A stretch of DNA of 63,893 nucleotides, filler included, from Octopus bimaculoides (GCF_001194135.2; 8 parts of 8 records of this genome joined end to end with filler, not necessarily neighbours in it); one strand, 5' to 3'. Shown: positions 51,305 through 63,031, numbered from the whole stretch's first letter. Program-made: numbers and translations. The notes: generated by a model from the sequence alone, not told the origin.

Positions 51305-52905
51305 ATATTATTATTATTATTATTATTATTTTATTGTCTTTGTCCAGATTCTAACGCTGGAGAGCAGTGTCAGCTGTTCACTACCAGTGAACTAAAGTAA
51401 CACCCCTTATTTTTCCGGCACTATCCGGAGTATTCGAGCGGTTCCAAGTAGTGCTGTTTTCTGCAAGTGCTCCACCCTTATTGCACCCCCTATTTGTTCC
51501 ATGTACTTCTCAAGATTTTTACTCACTCTTCCCAGGGCTCCGACAATTATTGGTACTACCACCTTTTTCAGCGACCACAATTTCTTAACCTCCCAACCTA
51601 ACCTGTCATATCTATCGACTTTTCTTTCTTCCTTATTGTATACCTTGTTGTCAGCTGGGCATGCTATATCTATGATCCAGCATGGTTTGTTTTCTTTCTC
51701 AATTAAGACTATGTCAGGTTTCCTATTCTCTATCTCATGGTCGCACTGAATCATAAAATCCCATAGAGTCTTTGCATTATAATTTTCAATGATACCTTCG
51801 GGTTTATGTTCGTACCACGTTTTTGCTCCGTCTAGTCCGTTACTTGTTGCAAAGTGTCCAATGAACAATCCTTGCTATGTTGTTATGACATCTCTTATAT
51901 TCTTTCTGGGCGAGTGGCGTACATTGACTGGTAATATGCCATACAGTTTCACCATTTTGTCCACAAATTTTGCATTTATCACTTTCTGATGAGTTGTCTA
52001 TTCTGTATTTGATGTAATTGATTCTTAATGCTTGCTCTTGGGCAGCACAGATTAGAGCCTCCGGTTTCCGGTTTTAAATCACTTTTAGTCATCCATAGCT
52101 ATCTTTTTTCTCTGTCTTATCTTCAACATCCCTATGAAATTTTCTATGCATTCTTTTCTTTATCCACCTATTTTCAGTTTCATTCATTCCCAAGTGCTTG
52201 TACAGTGCTTTATCTTTGCAATCTTGCATCCTACACAAGCCAGACCTCCTTACTTCTAATAATAGCGATTCTGTGGCACTTTTTACAAACCATGCTATGT
52301 TGTTTTATTCTGCTCTAGTGTTGTGTTCGCATCCAATCAGTCTTCTCCCACTTTTTCTTGCTACATACAGTCAGTCATTTTGGGGTTGGAGTATCCATAT
52401 CTAGTCAGCAACGTCCTTGTCTTTCTGTCTAAGCTATTTAGTTCGTCTACTGTCCATGCGATTACCCTAGCTCCACATCTAAGGAGTGAAACTGCCAAGG
52501 TGTTGATAGCTTCAATCTTATTTCGTCCGTTTAATTTCGACTTAAGGATCAGTCTCAGTCTGCGCAAGTACTCCACCTTAAATTTTTCTGTCATTTCTTT
52601 CTCCATCATTTTATCCATTTCCGGTATCCCCAAGTACTTATAGGCCATCTCTTCTATTTGCTTCATGACCTCTCCTGTCCATACATTTAATTTTGCCTCT
52701 CTTCAAGACTAACACACCACACTTTTTCAGTCCGAACTTCATTCTGATAACAGCACTGAAAGTATACACCGTATTAATGAGGGAACTGACTTGAGATTCA
52801 TCTTTACCATAAATTTTAAGGTCATCCATGAATAACAAGTGGTTGTCTTTTGTTGGCAGCTCTTGAATACATACCCAGCCTTTGCTTTCCTCAGAATTAG
52901 TGTTA
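51305..52905 (-). mobile_element. R4/Dong-clade (RLE) non-LTR retrotransposon, 5'-truncated, (TAA)n tail
   Basis: Pieces: NHLLFMDDLKIYGK, FGLKKCGVL, YKYLGI, RLILKSKLNGRNKIEAIN, and the RLE endonuclease WDFMIQCDHEIENRKPDIVLIEK...IDIACP...KVDRY...VPIIVGALG...LQKTALLGTARILR. The 3' UTR ends in (TAA)n (plus-strand TTA run at about 51307-51330). Confidence 0.95.
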
Positions 52906-52922
52906 GTTGCTAGGTTGAAAGG

Positions 52923-53169
52923 GATATTCATTCTAGTGTGTGTAGGGTGGCATGAGTTGAACGGTAGATATTACTTGGAGTCCGTGGGCTTATAGTATAT
53001 ATATCTGTTTCTATTACATTGTTAAATTTCTCAATGAGGATGTCGAGGAAGGGAGTTGTTGATGGCTATATTCCATCATGAATTGAATGTTTACATGAGG
53101 ACCATTTATAAATGCTTGAAATTCTTTAAGTCTCTCTATACTTTCATGCCAAAGAATGAAACAGACATC
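52923..53169 (-). mobile_element. Penelope-like RT fragment, inverted duplicate of 53297-53533
   Basis: The minus strand reads DVCFILWHESIERLKEFQAFING..VNIQFMMEYSHQQLP...SCHPTHTRMNIPFNLA; roughly 88-90% identical by eye to the + copy. Confidence 0.9.
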
Positions 53170-54235
53170 CGAGAATGGCCCCTGCTTTGCCAACCTAGTC
53201 ATGGGATATCTAGAAATTAGTCTTTATCGTAAGGTACTCGAAAAATACGGCAACCCATTCTTCCTCTATTTAGAAAATAACTGGAAGAGATACCTGGATG
53301 ACTGTTTCATTCTTTGGGGTGAAAGTATTGAGAGACTGAAAGAATTTCAAGCACTTATAAATGGACTTGACGTAAACATTCAATTCACGATGGAATATAG
53401 CCATCAACAACTTCCCTTCCTCGACATCCTCATTAAGAAATCTAACAGCGTAATAGAAACAGATATATACTATAAGTCCACGGACTCCAAGCAATATCTA
53501 CCGTTCAACTCATGTCACCCCAGAATGAATATCTGTAGTTTCTAGTGTAAGCACCAGGGACACACGATTACATGAACTAAATGATACACTCATCACCAGG
53601 AACTACTCACATTCACTAATTGACATATGCTTTCAACATGCCCTACAACTCAACATCCACGAACTCAGACATCTCAAATTAAAGAAAGAATTACAACCAA
53701 AAACCCTACCATACATCTCCACACACAACCCTCTTAACAATGCAGCCTTCGACACCATCCTTCAAAACATTCCCTGCTAAAAAAGGAACCACAGAATGAA
53801 CTTACATTATTTACATTTGGCAGATATTTGTCCTCATCTTGTTTGTTGACAAATATCCGTCAAATGTAAGTAATGTAAATAATGTACATAATTTCTCATC
53901 TCTTAAATATAGAACTGTAGAATTAACTTAATCCTCCAAACACATGCCATCATAAAAAGCAAGAGACAGCTCAAATCTACGAAAAGTCTCCTAACACAAG
54001 CCCGAATACGCTCAGCAACAACACTGAAGCCGTCAGTAAAAAAATACGGAAGACCCAACTGTGGGATATGCGTCAATTTAATTGAGAGATCAGAGTTCTC
54101 CTTCAAAAAGGGGCAACGTTTCATAGTGAAAAGCAGCCTCACATGTTCTTCGGAGAACCTGATATACGCACTAACCTGCTCTGGGTGTCAAGAGCAATAC
54201 ATAAGCCAAACAAAACATAAGTTCAAGAGACGTTA
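53170..54235 (+). mobile_element. Penelope-like element: RT core, linker and GIY-YIG endonuclease (decayed, 5'-truncated)
   Basis: ORF 53156-53545: GPCFANLVMGYLE, WKRYLDDCF, IQFTME, LPFLDILI, TDIYYKSTDSKQYLPFNSCHP. Further downstream: PYISTHNP, IIKSKRQ and LTCSSENLIYALTCSGCQEQYISQT (GIY-YIG). Confidence 0.95.
53802..53918. repeat. Short insertion in the Penelope element: 31-bp-arm hairpin plus a segment shared with 32469-32550
   Basis: 53802-53832 versus 53848-53878 are reverse complements (3 differences) with a 15-nt loop. aataatgtacataatt.ctcatctctta.atatagaactgt also occurs at about 32510-32550. Confidence 0.8.
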
Positions 54236-54289
54236 TGCAAAGCACCTATCTTATTTTCCGGCAAATCGATAAAATTAATGCAACTAAAC

Positions 54290-54540
54290 TGGCTAGCTAG
54301 GTATTGAATTTGAAGAACATCTCCACACCACATACAATTAAGTGGAGAATAGTGGGGACATCTAAGCCATATATTAATGGATCTAAGAAATGCACTTTAT
54401 GCGGCGTAGACGGATCTCATATTCTTCTTCGATCCAACAATTCCAACATACTGATCAGTTCGAGATCTGAAATTTTTTGCACGTTTAGACAGAGAACAGG
54501 TTTCTTTTATCGAAGTGAAGTGTACTAACCGCTCCAGATT
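54290..54540 (+). mobile_element. Second Penelope-like family, C-terminal fragment
   Basis: ORF 54304-54528: TIKWRIVGTSKPYINGSKKCTLC...ILISSRSEIFCTFRQ (KWxI, PY, CxLC, RSEI signature). Confidence 0.75.
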
Positions 54541-54724
54541 GATTCTCGCAGACTTAGACATATTTTCTGTTATTGTGTTCTAGACCAGTTGTATTTATTG
54601 AGCTTTCTGCAATCAGGGAGGACGAGGATCTTACTTCATTTTTCTCGTTTCACTTTTTGTACCAACCTTCTTCATATTTTTTCACGTTTTTATCTTATTT
54701 TCTTACTGCCCACCGTTCTTGTTT

Positions 54725-54817
<93 letters not shown>

Positions 54818-54943
54818 ACGCATGAACAGAGCCTAAAAGAGTGTTTTAAGATACACGGCGTATTTTATAGATATACCTGTTCAAGTATCCTAATAGCATG
54901 AAACTATTAGTAGCTGTTTCGGTTGTGTATTTAATTTGATATA

Positions 54944-55767
54944 CGTGGTCTGATCAATAAGTATTCGAGCAGTTGCCACAGTAACAAGGCTAAAGCATGC
55001 AGAGTGAAGCCGCTTGGCAGAGATTAGGCATGAACTCTGTTGTGCATGCGCACTACGTTTAAACGTTCTATCTTACTTCTGCTGTTTACAGCAGTGCTTG
55101 GAAGGAAGGTGTGTAGCGCATGATCGTCGCATTGACCATGATAAATTTGAGCAGAGAATCTGCATCATATTTTGCCAAAAGCTTGACGATACCCGCAAAA
55201 TTTTCAATAAGTTGTCATCATTTTCGACACAATCAAGGAGAAATTTTGCAAATGAAACTAGAGTCGCATTTTGGTCAGCTGAAAGCAGTTTTGGCACAAA
55301 CGCGTCTCATACCTAAATCAGTGATAATGGACTGAACTGAGCGGTAACTAATCTGCACATCTTCTGATCATTCACGGATGGTGATTCAACGATATCCCCT
55401 CACAGCTGCACGCATATCTACGATGTTTTTCTCAGTTCTGCTGGTTGCGAGTCTCCCAGAACGTTCGTCAATATCGAAATATTTTTGACCATCTTGGAAC
55501 CGTTTCAACTACTTGTACACTCTCAATACACTTTCTGCAAGGTTGCGTAGGCCTCTGGGCAGGTATCGCCATGGCAACTTTATCATGGTCAATGCGACGA
55601 TCACACACTACACACCTTTCTGTAAATAGCGGGAGTGAGATAGAACGTTAACACTTAATGCGCATGCACAACAGAGTTCAAAGTCAATCTTTGCCAACCG
55701 GCTTTGCTTTGCGTGCTTTAGCTTCGTTACTATGGTAAGAGTACAGATACTTATTAATGAGACCTCG
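54944..55767. mobile_element. Mariner-derived non-autonomous element made of two inverted left ends, TA target site duplication
   Basis: TA-CGTGGTCTGATCAATAAGTAT...ATACTTATTAATGAGACCTCG-TA, with about 130 bp of clear terminal inverted similarity. The + side encodes KFEQRICIIFCQKL; the - side encodes the transposase HTH region (DERSGRLATSRTEKNIVD..., DLGMRRVCAK, LLSADQ). Confidence 0.85.
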
Positions 55768-55870
55768 TATTATACGTGTGTGTATTTATATATATATGTG
55801 TGTATTTATGTGTATGTATATGTATGTGTGTATGTATGTATATGTGTGTATGTACTTATATGTAGATATG

Positions 55871-55903
<33 letters not shown>

Positions 55904-56182
55904 AATGTTTTGTATGTGTATATATATATATGTGTATATGTATGTATGTATGTATGTATGTGTGTGTATATATGCATATATATGTATATATGTATGCATA
56001 TATGCATATATGTGTGTATGTATGTATATATGTGTGTTTGTATATGTACATGGATATATATGTATATATGCATATATGTGTGNNNNNNNNNNNNNNNNNN
56101 NNNNNNNNNNNNNNNNNNNNNNNNNNTTAATTAATTAANNNNNNNNNNNNNNNNNNNNNNNNNNNNNNNNNNNNNNNNNNNN

Positions 56183-56215
<33 letters not shown>

Positions 56216-57733
56216 TACACATTCAACTAAATACACACACGCTCACACAAACACACACATACACACACACATATACACACGCATACACATAAATATACAC
56301 ACATATTCACACATGTACATAAGCGTGTATATTTGTGTAGTTGCTTGTGAGAACGCATGCGTGCAGTTTTTCACTTCTATATACATGTGTGTGTGTGAGT
56401 GTGTGTGCGTGTGTGTGTGCCTGCGTGTGTGTATGTGTGTGCATGTGTGTGTGTGCATGTTTGTGTGTGTGTGTATGTATTACAAACACAGAGCGAGGGG
56501 CAGAGGGGGTGGCGGGTACCAGAAGGATTTATGCGTATATCGCTTAACTTGCCTGGCGTGGAGCATGTCGCTGTTAAGTATCTGTTTTATGGTCAGAACA
56601 CGACATCCGGACCAAGCTACAGCCACGCGGCGCATTCATTCATTATCTTGTCAATGGGCTTCATAAGTAACCTTCACCTAGTCTCACCCTTCGCTCTCTC
56701 TCTCTCTCTCTTACTCTCCCTCTCTATCTCTCTCTCTCTCTCCTAACTGTCTATTTTTTTTACTCACTATCATCTTTTTTGTCTCTCTCTTGCCCTGTGT
56801 ACATGCATGTATGGTTGCACATAAGTATATATATATATATATATATATNNNNNNNNNNNNNNNNNNNNNNNNNNNNNNNNNNNNNNNNNNNNNNNNNNNN
56901 NNNNNNNNNNNNNNNNNNNNNNNNNNNNNNNNNNNNNNNNNNNNNNNNNNNNNNNNNNNNNNNNNNNNNNNNNNNNNNNNNNNNNNNNNNNNNNNNNNNN
57001 NNNNNNNNNNNNNNNNNNNNNNNNNNNNNNNNNNNNNNNNNNNNNNNNNNNNNNNNNNNNNNNNNNNNNNNNNNNNNNNNNNNNNNNNNNNNNNNNNNNN
57101 NNNNNNNNNNNNNNNNNNNNNNNNNNNNNNNNNNNNNNNNNNNNNNNNNNNNNNNNNNNNNNNNNNNNNNNNNNNNNNNNNNNNNNNNNNNNNNNNNNNN
57201 NNNNNNNNNNNNNNNNNNNNNNNNNNNNNNNNNNNNNNNNNNNNNNNNNNNNNNNNNNNNNNNNNNNNNNNNNNNNNNNNNNNNNNNNNNNNNNNNNNNN
57301 NNNNNNNNNNNNNNNNNNNNNNNNNNNNNNNNNNNNNNNNNNNNNNNNNNNNNNNNNNNNNNNNNNNNNNNNNNNNNNNNNNNNNNNNNNNNNNNNNNNN
57401 NNNNNNNNNNNNNNNNNNNNNNNNNNNNNNNNNNNNNNNNNNNNNNNNNNNNNNNNNNNNNNNNNNNNNNNNNNNNNNNNNNNNNNNNNNNNNNNNNNNN
57501 NNNNNNNNNNNNNNNNNNNNNNNNNNNNNNNNNNNNNNNNNNNNNNNNNNNNNNNNNNNNNNNNNNNNNNNNNNNNNNNNNNNNNNNNNNNNNNNNNNNN
57601 NNNNNNNNNNNNNNNNNNNNNNNNNNNNNNNNNNNNNNNNNNNNNNNNNNNNNNNNNNNNNNNNNNNNNNNNNNNNNNNNNNNNNNNNNNNNNNNNNNNN
57701 NNNNNNNNNNNNNNNNNNNNNNNNNNNNNNNNN

Positions 57734-57785
<52 letters not shown>

Positions 57786-58224
57786 GTGTGTGTGTGTGTG
57801 TACGTGTGTGTGTCAAAGGTGATTAGTGGTAGTTTAAGTGGACAGATTTGAAAGGGAATCCTTAATGGTCTCGCAGGCATCAGTGAGTGAGTGAGTAAGT
57901 GAGTGAGTGATGCTATGTATCATCTGCACGTCGTGGTGGCGTCAGTCATAAATCATACGTACGTCAGGTGGAGAAAGGTTTAAGAAGCATCACCAACAAT
58001 TACTAACACCACCGCACCCATTAAACCACAACCACAGCTACGGACAAAGGACGGGTACGGGTAATGTAATTCCTAAGTATACAATATACAAAAGGACATG
58101 ATGGTCACGTCTAGGGCGCCTTTCATTAATTCCCTGTAGCTGAGGTTCTTAACCATTTTTTTTACATATCGACCCCTTTGATCCCTATTTTATGCGGGTG
58201 GATCCTTATAGACATTTGTTCTTT

Positions 58225-58700
58225 TATCTTTTATCTGTTTTAGTCATTAGACTTCGGCCATGCTGGAGCACAATCTTGAAAAATTTTTTAGTCGAATGAA
58301 TCTGCCCCAGTACTTATTTTTGTTTCTTTTTTGGTTTTTATTTTTTGGGGTTTTTTTTAAAATTTTTTTAAGCCTGGTACTTATTGTTATTTCTTTATTG
58401 ACCACAAGAGGCTAAACATAGAGGGGACAAACAAGGACAAAGGGAATAAGTCGATTACATCGACCACAGTGCGTAACTGGTACTTAATTGATTCGACCCC
58501 GGAAGGATGAAAGGCAAAGTCGACCTCGGCGGAATTTGAACTCAGAACGTAACGACAGACGAAATAACGCTAAGCATTTCGCCCGGCAAGCTACCGCCTT
58601 TTACTTATTCTATCCGCCTGGTACTTATTCTATCGAGCTTACGGGGACATAAACACACCAACACCGGTTGTTAAGCGGTGGGGGAGAACACAGATACAAA
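58225..58700 (-). mobile_element. Cluster of SINE fragments (family 1 tail, family 2 at about 58395-58600, family 1 middle)
   Basis: cggccatgctggagca; aaggcaaagtcgacctcggcggaatttgaactcagaacgt...taagcatttcgcccgg; ggggacataaacacaccaacaccggttg. Confidence 0.85.
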
Positions 58701-58995
58701 CTGGTAATGTAGTTCCTAAGTACACAATATACAAAAGGACATGATGGTCACGTCTAGGACGCCTTTCATTCATTCTGCTCAATCTGATCGTCCCTGTGGC
58801 TGAGGTTCTTAACTATTTTTTACATATGGACTTTTCGATTCCTACACACACACACACACATGCCCATATTAATGAAAAATACATTAAGTCCTACAAAACG
58901 TACACGTAGGACAGACACAGAAGGACCGTAATTCTTAATGAGCTATCGACTGAAAAATACTAATACTCAGTTTGGTGCCTTAGTATTTTTTGGTC

Positions 58996-59278
58996 GGTGG
59001 AGGCGCAATGGCCCAGTGGTTAGGGCAGCGGACTCGCGGTCATAGGATCGCGGTTTCGATTCCCAGACCGAGCGTTGTGAGTGTTTATTGAGCGAAAACA
59101 CCTAAAGCACCACGAGGCTCCGGCAGGGGATGGTGGCGAACCCGGCTGTATTCTTTCACCACAACTTTCTCTCACTCTTACTTCCTGTTTCTGTTGTGCC
59201 TGTAATTCAAAGGGTCAGCCTTGTCACACTGTGTCACGCTGAATATCCCCGAGAACTACGTTAAGGGTACATGTGTCT
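58996..59278 (+). mobile_element. tRNA-derived SINE family 3 (well-preserved tRNA-like head), truncated by scaffold end
   Basis: ggcgcaatggcccagtggttagggcagcggactcgcggtc...gcggtttcgattccc: A box, D-arm GCCC/GGGC and B box, followed by a non-tRNA body. Confidence 0.8.
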
Positions 59279-59378
59279 NNNNNNNNNNNNNNNNNNNNNN
59301 NNNNNNNNNNNNNNNNNNNNNNTTAATTAATTAANNNNNNNNNNNNNNNNNNNNNNNNNNNNNNNNNNNNNNNNNNNN

Positions 59379-59427
<49 letters not shown>

Positions 59428-60365
59428 TACAGAGATAGGGAGAGGGAGAAAGAAAATGCAGGAAGTTGGCGTAGTTGAATAAATATATATGTATTGAATT
59501 GAATAATATATAAACGCATAAATAGGCGTCAACACGCACGCTTGCACACATGCACACACACGCGCGCACATGCACACACACAAATCCGCGCGCGCGCGCA
59601 CTTCAGTCACATTTGTGCTCTTTTAGTTCTAATAACGGAATAGTCTCACAATTTTGTTGTTGATTTCTTTTTTTCTTTAGTTTGTTTGTGAATGCCATTT
59701 TATTCCATATTTCGAAGAAAACAGACGATCAATTGATAGATGCCAACACAAGATAGGATCGACTATAATTTCCACTAATGGCTGACAAATGCTATGCTAT
59801 AACGTTACACCTGTAACGGGGCGTGTTTCTCCATCTCAGACATGCCCAAAACATATGAAAAATACGTAATTATCAAATGAATGTCTCTCACATATCGTCT
59901 CTCACACACACACACACATCCCTATGCATAGAGTCACGAAATGTTTGTTTGTTGAGGGCGTATCGATTTCATTTGGGGAGATCGATTGAAAAGATATTAG
60001 CTTTAGGGAAGAGAAATGGGAAATAATAAAAGAAAAACGGTCATACGACACCGCTGCTATTGTTGTTATTGGTGGGGTGGCGATGATGATGGTGGTGGTA
60101 TCCTTGTTAACACTTAAAGAATCATATAATTCGTAGTAAAATTTTACGATTGTAAAATACATCCCAGCCCCCTCCATTACCACTTCAGCCTAATTAAGAA
60201 GTAAAACATTTCAATCAACGAGTCTTGTTTTCTTTTCAACTAATTAAAATAAAAATTCTGATTTTCCATTGGCCCTTTTCTTATGTCGTCCCTTAGACTT
60301 TTCGAGTTATTCAGAAATATCTGATAAGAAATCTCTGAAGCTTCCTATGTTGATTATTTTAATCC

Positions 60366-60492
60366 TTTCTGCTATAGGCACAAAGCCTGAAATATGGGGG
60401 GGCAGTCGATTAGATCAACTCTAGTACGTAACTGGTACTTAATTTATTGATCCCGAAAGGATGAAAGGCAAAGTCGACCTCGGCGGAATTTG
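60366..60492 (-). mobile_element. SINE family 2, 3' fragment (further degenerate copies at 60775-60905 and 63325-63450)
   Basis: ttctgctataggcacaaagcctgaaat...aactggtacttaatttattgatcccgaaaggatgaaaggcaaagtcgacctcggcggaattt. Confidence 0.85.
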
Positions 60493-61750
60493 GTCATGGT
60501 GATTTTAATGGTCATTTTAGTGCTGCGTAAATTCTAACTGGAAGCTACATAGAGATTGCAAATAGCTTACGACCTTATTATAGCCCCTTAACTATTTGTA
60601 GGGGCGCCGTCGTGAAGTAAGGCATGTTTTGAAGATTTCAGATCTAACGGAGTGCATCCCTCTCCAAATCTGTCCACAGTCAATTTATTCCAAAAAGACA
60701 GAGAGGCTGGAGTGACAGACATACTGACAGACTGAAAGAAAAGAACAGAAAGGAAAGAACCGATCCAGGTACAGGACCGGTCCTGTATTTATCGAGTCCG
60801 AAAGGCAAACTTGACTTCAGCAGGATTTGAACTCGGAACGTAAAGAGTCGAAAGCATTACAGCATAACAATTCATCCAACGCTTTATCGACTCTAGCAAG
60901 TGGCCGCCTAAATTGCTTCCTCCATGTCATGTTATGCATAACTGCCTAGATCAACCATTTCCTGTTTGTGGACCCCTTCGGTTCCTCTTTTACTTGGATA
61001 CACCTTCCAAACCATTCGATGGTTCAAACAATTCTATTATATCTTTATAGTTAAATATTATTAATCTTCTGTGGATCCCTAAGGGCCATGCGGATTATCT
61101 TATTTCTGATTAGTTAAACAGCTAATTAAAATTGCCCCGAATAAAACGACACAACTCTATAGTTACATGTTTTCGCCAAGGACACGGCAGACGAGTGAGG
61201 AATACGAAGTGAAAAACAAAACTTTTAATCTAAGCCGACTGTGACTCTACCGGAATAGATTTATCAAGGCCAACAGAGTTGTTGCTTCTTGTTTGTTTCT
61301 TGTGTTCGTTTGTTTTCTTGGGGGTTTTTTTCTTGTCTTAGCAAGACGCCCATATATAGAGCAACATTGTACATAACAACTTTGTCGCCTTGGCAACGAA
61401 AGACATCTCCAAAAGAGACATGCTTTTCCTATTAGCATCAGCGATGGCCATGTAAAACACAGGGTACATTGGTTAGCTAGACATCCGTCCGCTTATGACT
61501 AACACCTGTTTCTAATGAAATTCTGTGGGGTGGGTCACGGTGAAGAAGCAATACGGGCAACTATATAAAAACATCTTAATCATATTAAAACAATAATTCT
61601 GTGTGTTCGACTGAAAAATATTTACGAGTTAGTTTTTGCAATGGTTCTGTTAATTATATTTGCGCCTCGACGTAGGCATGTGTCTGTATATGCAAGTGTG
61701 TTTATAATATGCACATATATACATGTATGTGTGTTTTGTGTATGTGTGTG

Positions 61751-61800
<50 letters not shown>

Positions 61801-62768
61801 NNNNNNNNNNNNNNNNNNNNNNNNNNNNNNNNNNNNNNNNNNNNNNNNNNNNNNNNNNNNNNNNNNNNNNNNNNNNNNNNNNNNNNNNNNNNNNNNNNNN
61901 NNNNNNNNNNNNNNNNNNNNNNNNNNNNNNNNNNNNNNNNNNNNNNNNNNNNNNNNNNNNNNNNNNNNNNNNNNNNNNNNNNNNNNNNNNNNNNNNNNNN
62001 NNNNNNNNNNNNNNNNNNNNNNNNNNNNNNNNNNNNNNNNNNNNNNNNNNNNNNNNNNNNNNNNNNNNNNNNNNNNNNNNNNNNNNNNNNNNNNNNNNNN
62101 NNNNNNNNNNNNNNNNNNNNNNNNNNNNNNNNNNNNNNNNNNNNNNNNNNNNNNNNNNNNNNNNNNNNNNNNNNNNNNNNNNNNNNNNNNNNNNNNNNNN
62201 NNNNNNNNNNNNNNNNNNNNNNNNNNNNNNNNNNNNNNNNNNNNNNNNNNNNNNNNNNNNNNNNNNNNNNNNNNNNNNNNNNNNNNNNNNNNNNNNNNNN
62301 NNNNNNNNNNNNNNNNNNNNNNNNNNNNNNNNNNNNNNNNNNNNNNNNNNNNNNNNNNNNNNNNNNNNNNNNNNNNNNNNNNNNNNNNNNNNNNNNNNNN
62401 NNNNNNNNNNNNNNNNNNNNNNNNNNNNNNNNNNNNNNNNNNNNNNNNNNNNNNNNNNNNNNNNNNNNNNNNNNNNNNNNNNNNNNNNNNNNNNNNNNNN
62501 NNNNNNNNNNNNNNNNNNNNNNNNNNNNNNNNNNNNNNNNNNNNNNNNNNNNNNNNNNNNNNNNNNNNNNNNNNNNNNNNNNNNNNNNNNNNNNNNNNNN
62601 NNNNNNNNNNNNNNNNNNNNNNNNNNNNNNNNNNNNNNNNNNNNNNNNNNNNNNAACGCCGTTATGAGTCAGTATATTCTAAAGAAGGTACTCTTTGTAT
62701 AAAAAACGATCGCATATGTCATTGCGAAATGGGAAGTGTACGTGCGTAAGCATGCATGCCTCCATGTA

Positions 62769-62811
<43 letters not shown>

Positions 62812-62830
62812 GTATATATATACATACATA

Positions 62831-63031
62831 CAATAATCCTTCGCCATATCGCGATTCACTTATCGCGGTTTATTATTTAAGCTTCCATCGATTCCTTCGT
62901 GGTGTTGTTTTGCTTTTATAATAAAATAAATATATACAAATTATAATAATAATAATAAAAAATATATAGTACAGTTTCTACTTCGCGGAGTTTCACCTAT
63001 CGCGGTGAAGTTTAGAACGTAACGCCCGCGA
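62831..63031 (+). mobile_element. pogo/Tigger-like MITE remnant
   Basis: TA followed by caataatccttcgccatatcgcgattcacttatcgcgg resembles Tigger-type TIRs. The cacctatcgcgg motif is repeated at about 62994, and tagaacgtaacgcccgcg approaches the right end before an (AGAC)n run. Confidence 0.45.

Noticed and set aside
54875-54920. Hammerhead downstream of the Penelope cluster (CTGTTCA...GAAACTATTAGTA)
   Set aside because: Two core mismatches and no pairing in stems I or II.
58999-59075. tRNA gene
   Set aside because: The D-arm and A/B boxes are present, but acceptor and anticodon stems do not close properly and the sequence continues into a SINE body.
61342-61460. Exon after a strong polypyrimidine acceptor (similar case at 59678)
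   Set aside because: All three frames reach a stop before a convincing donor, and such acceptors arise by chance in T-rich DNA.
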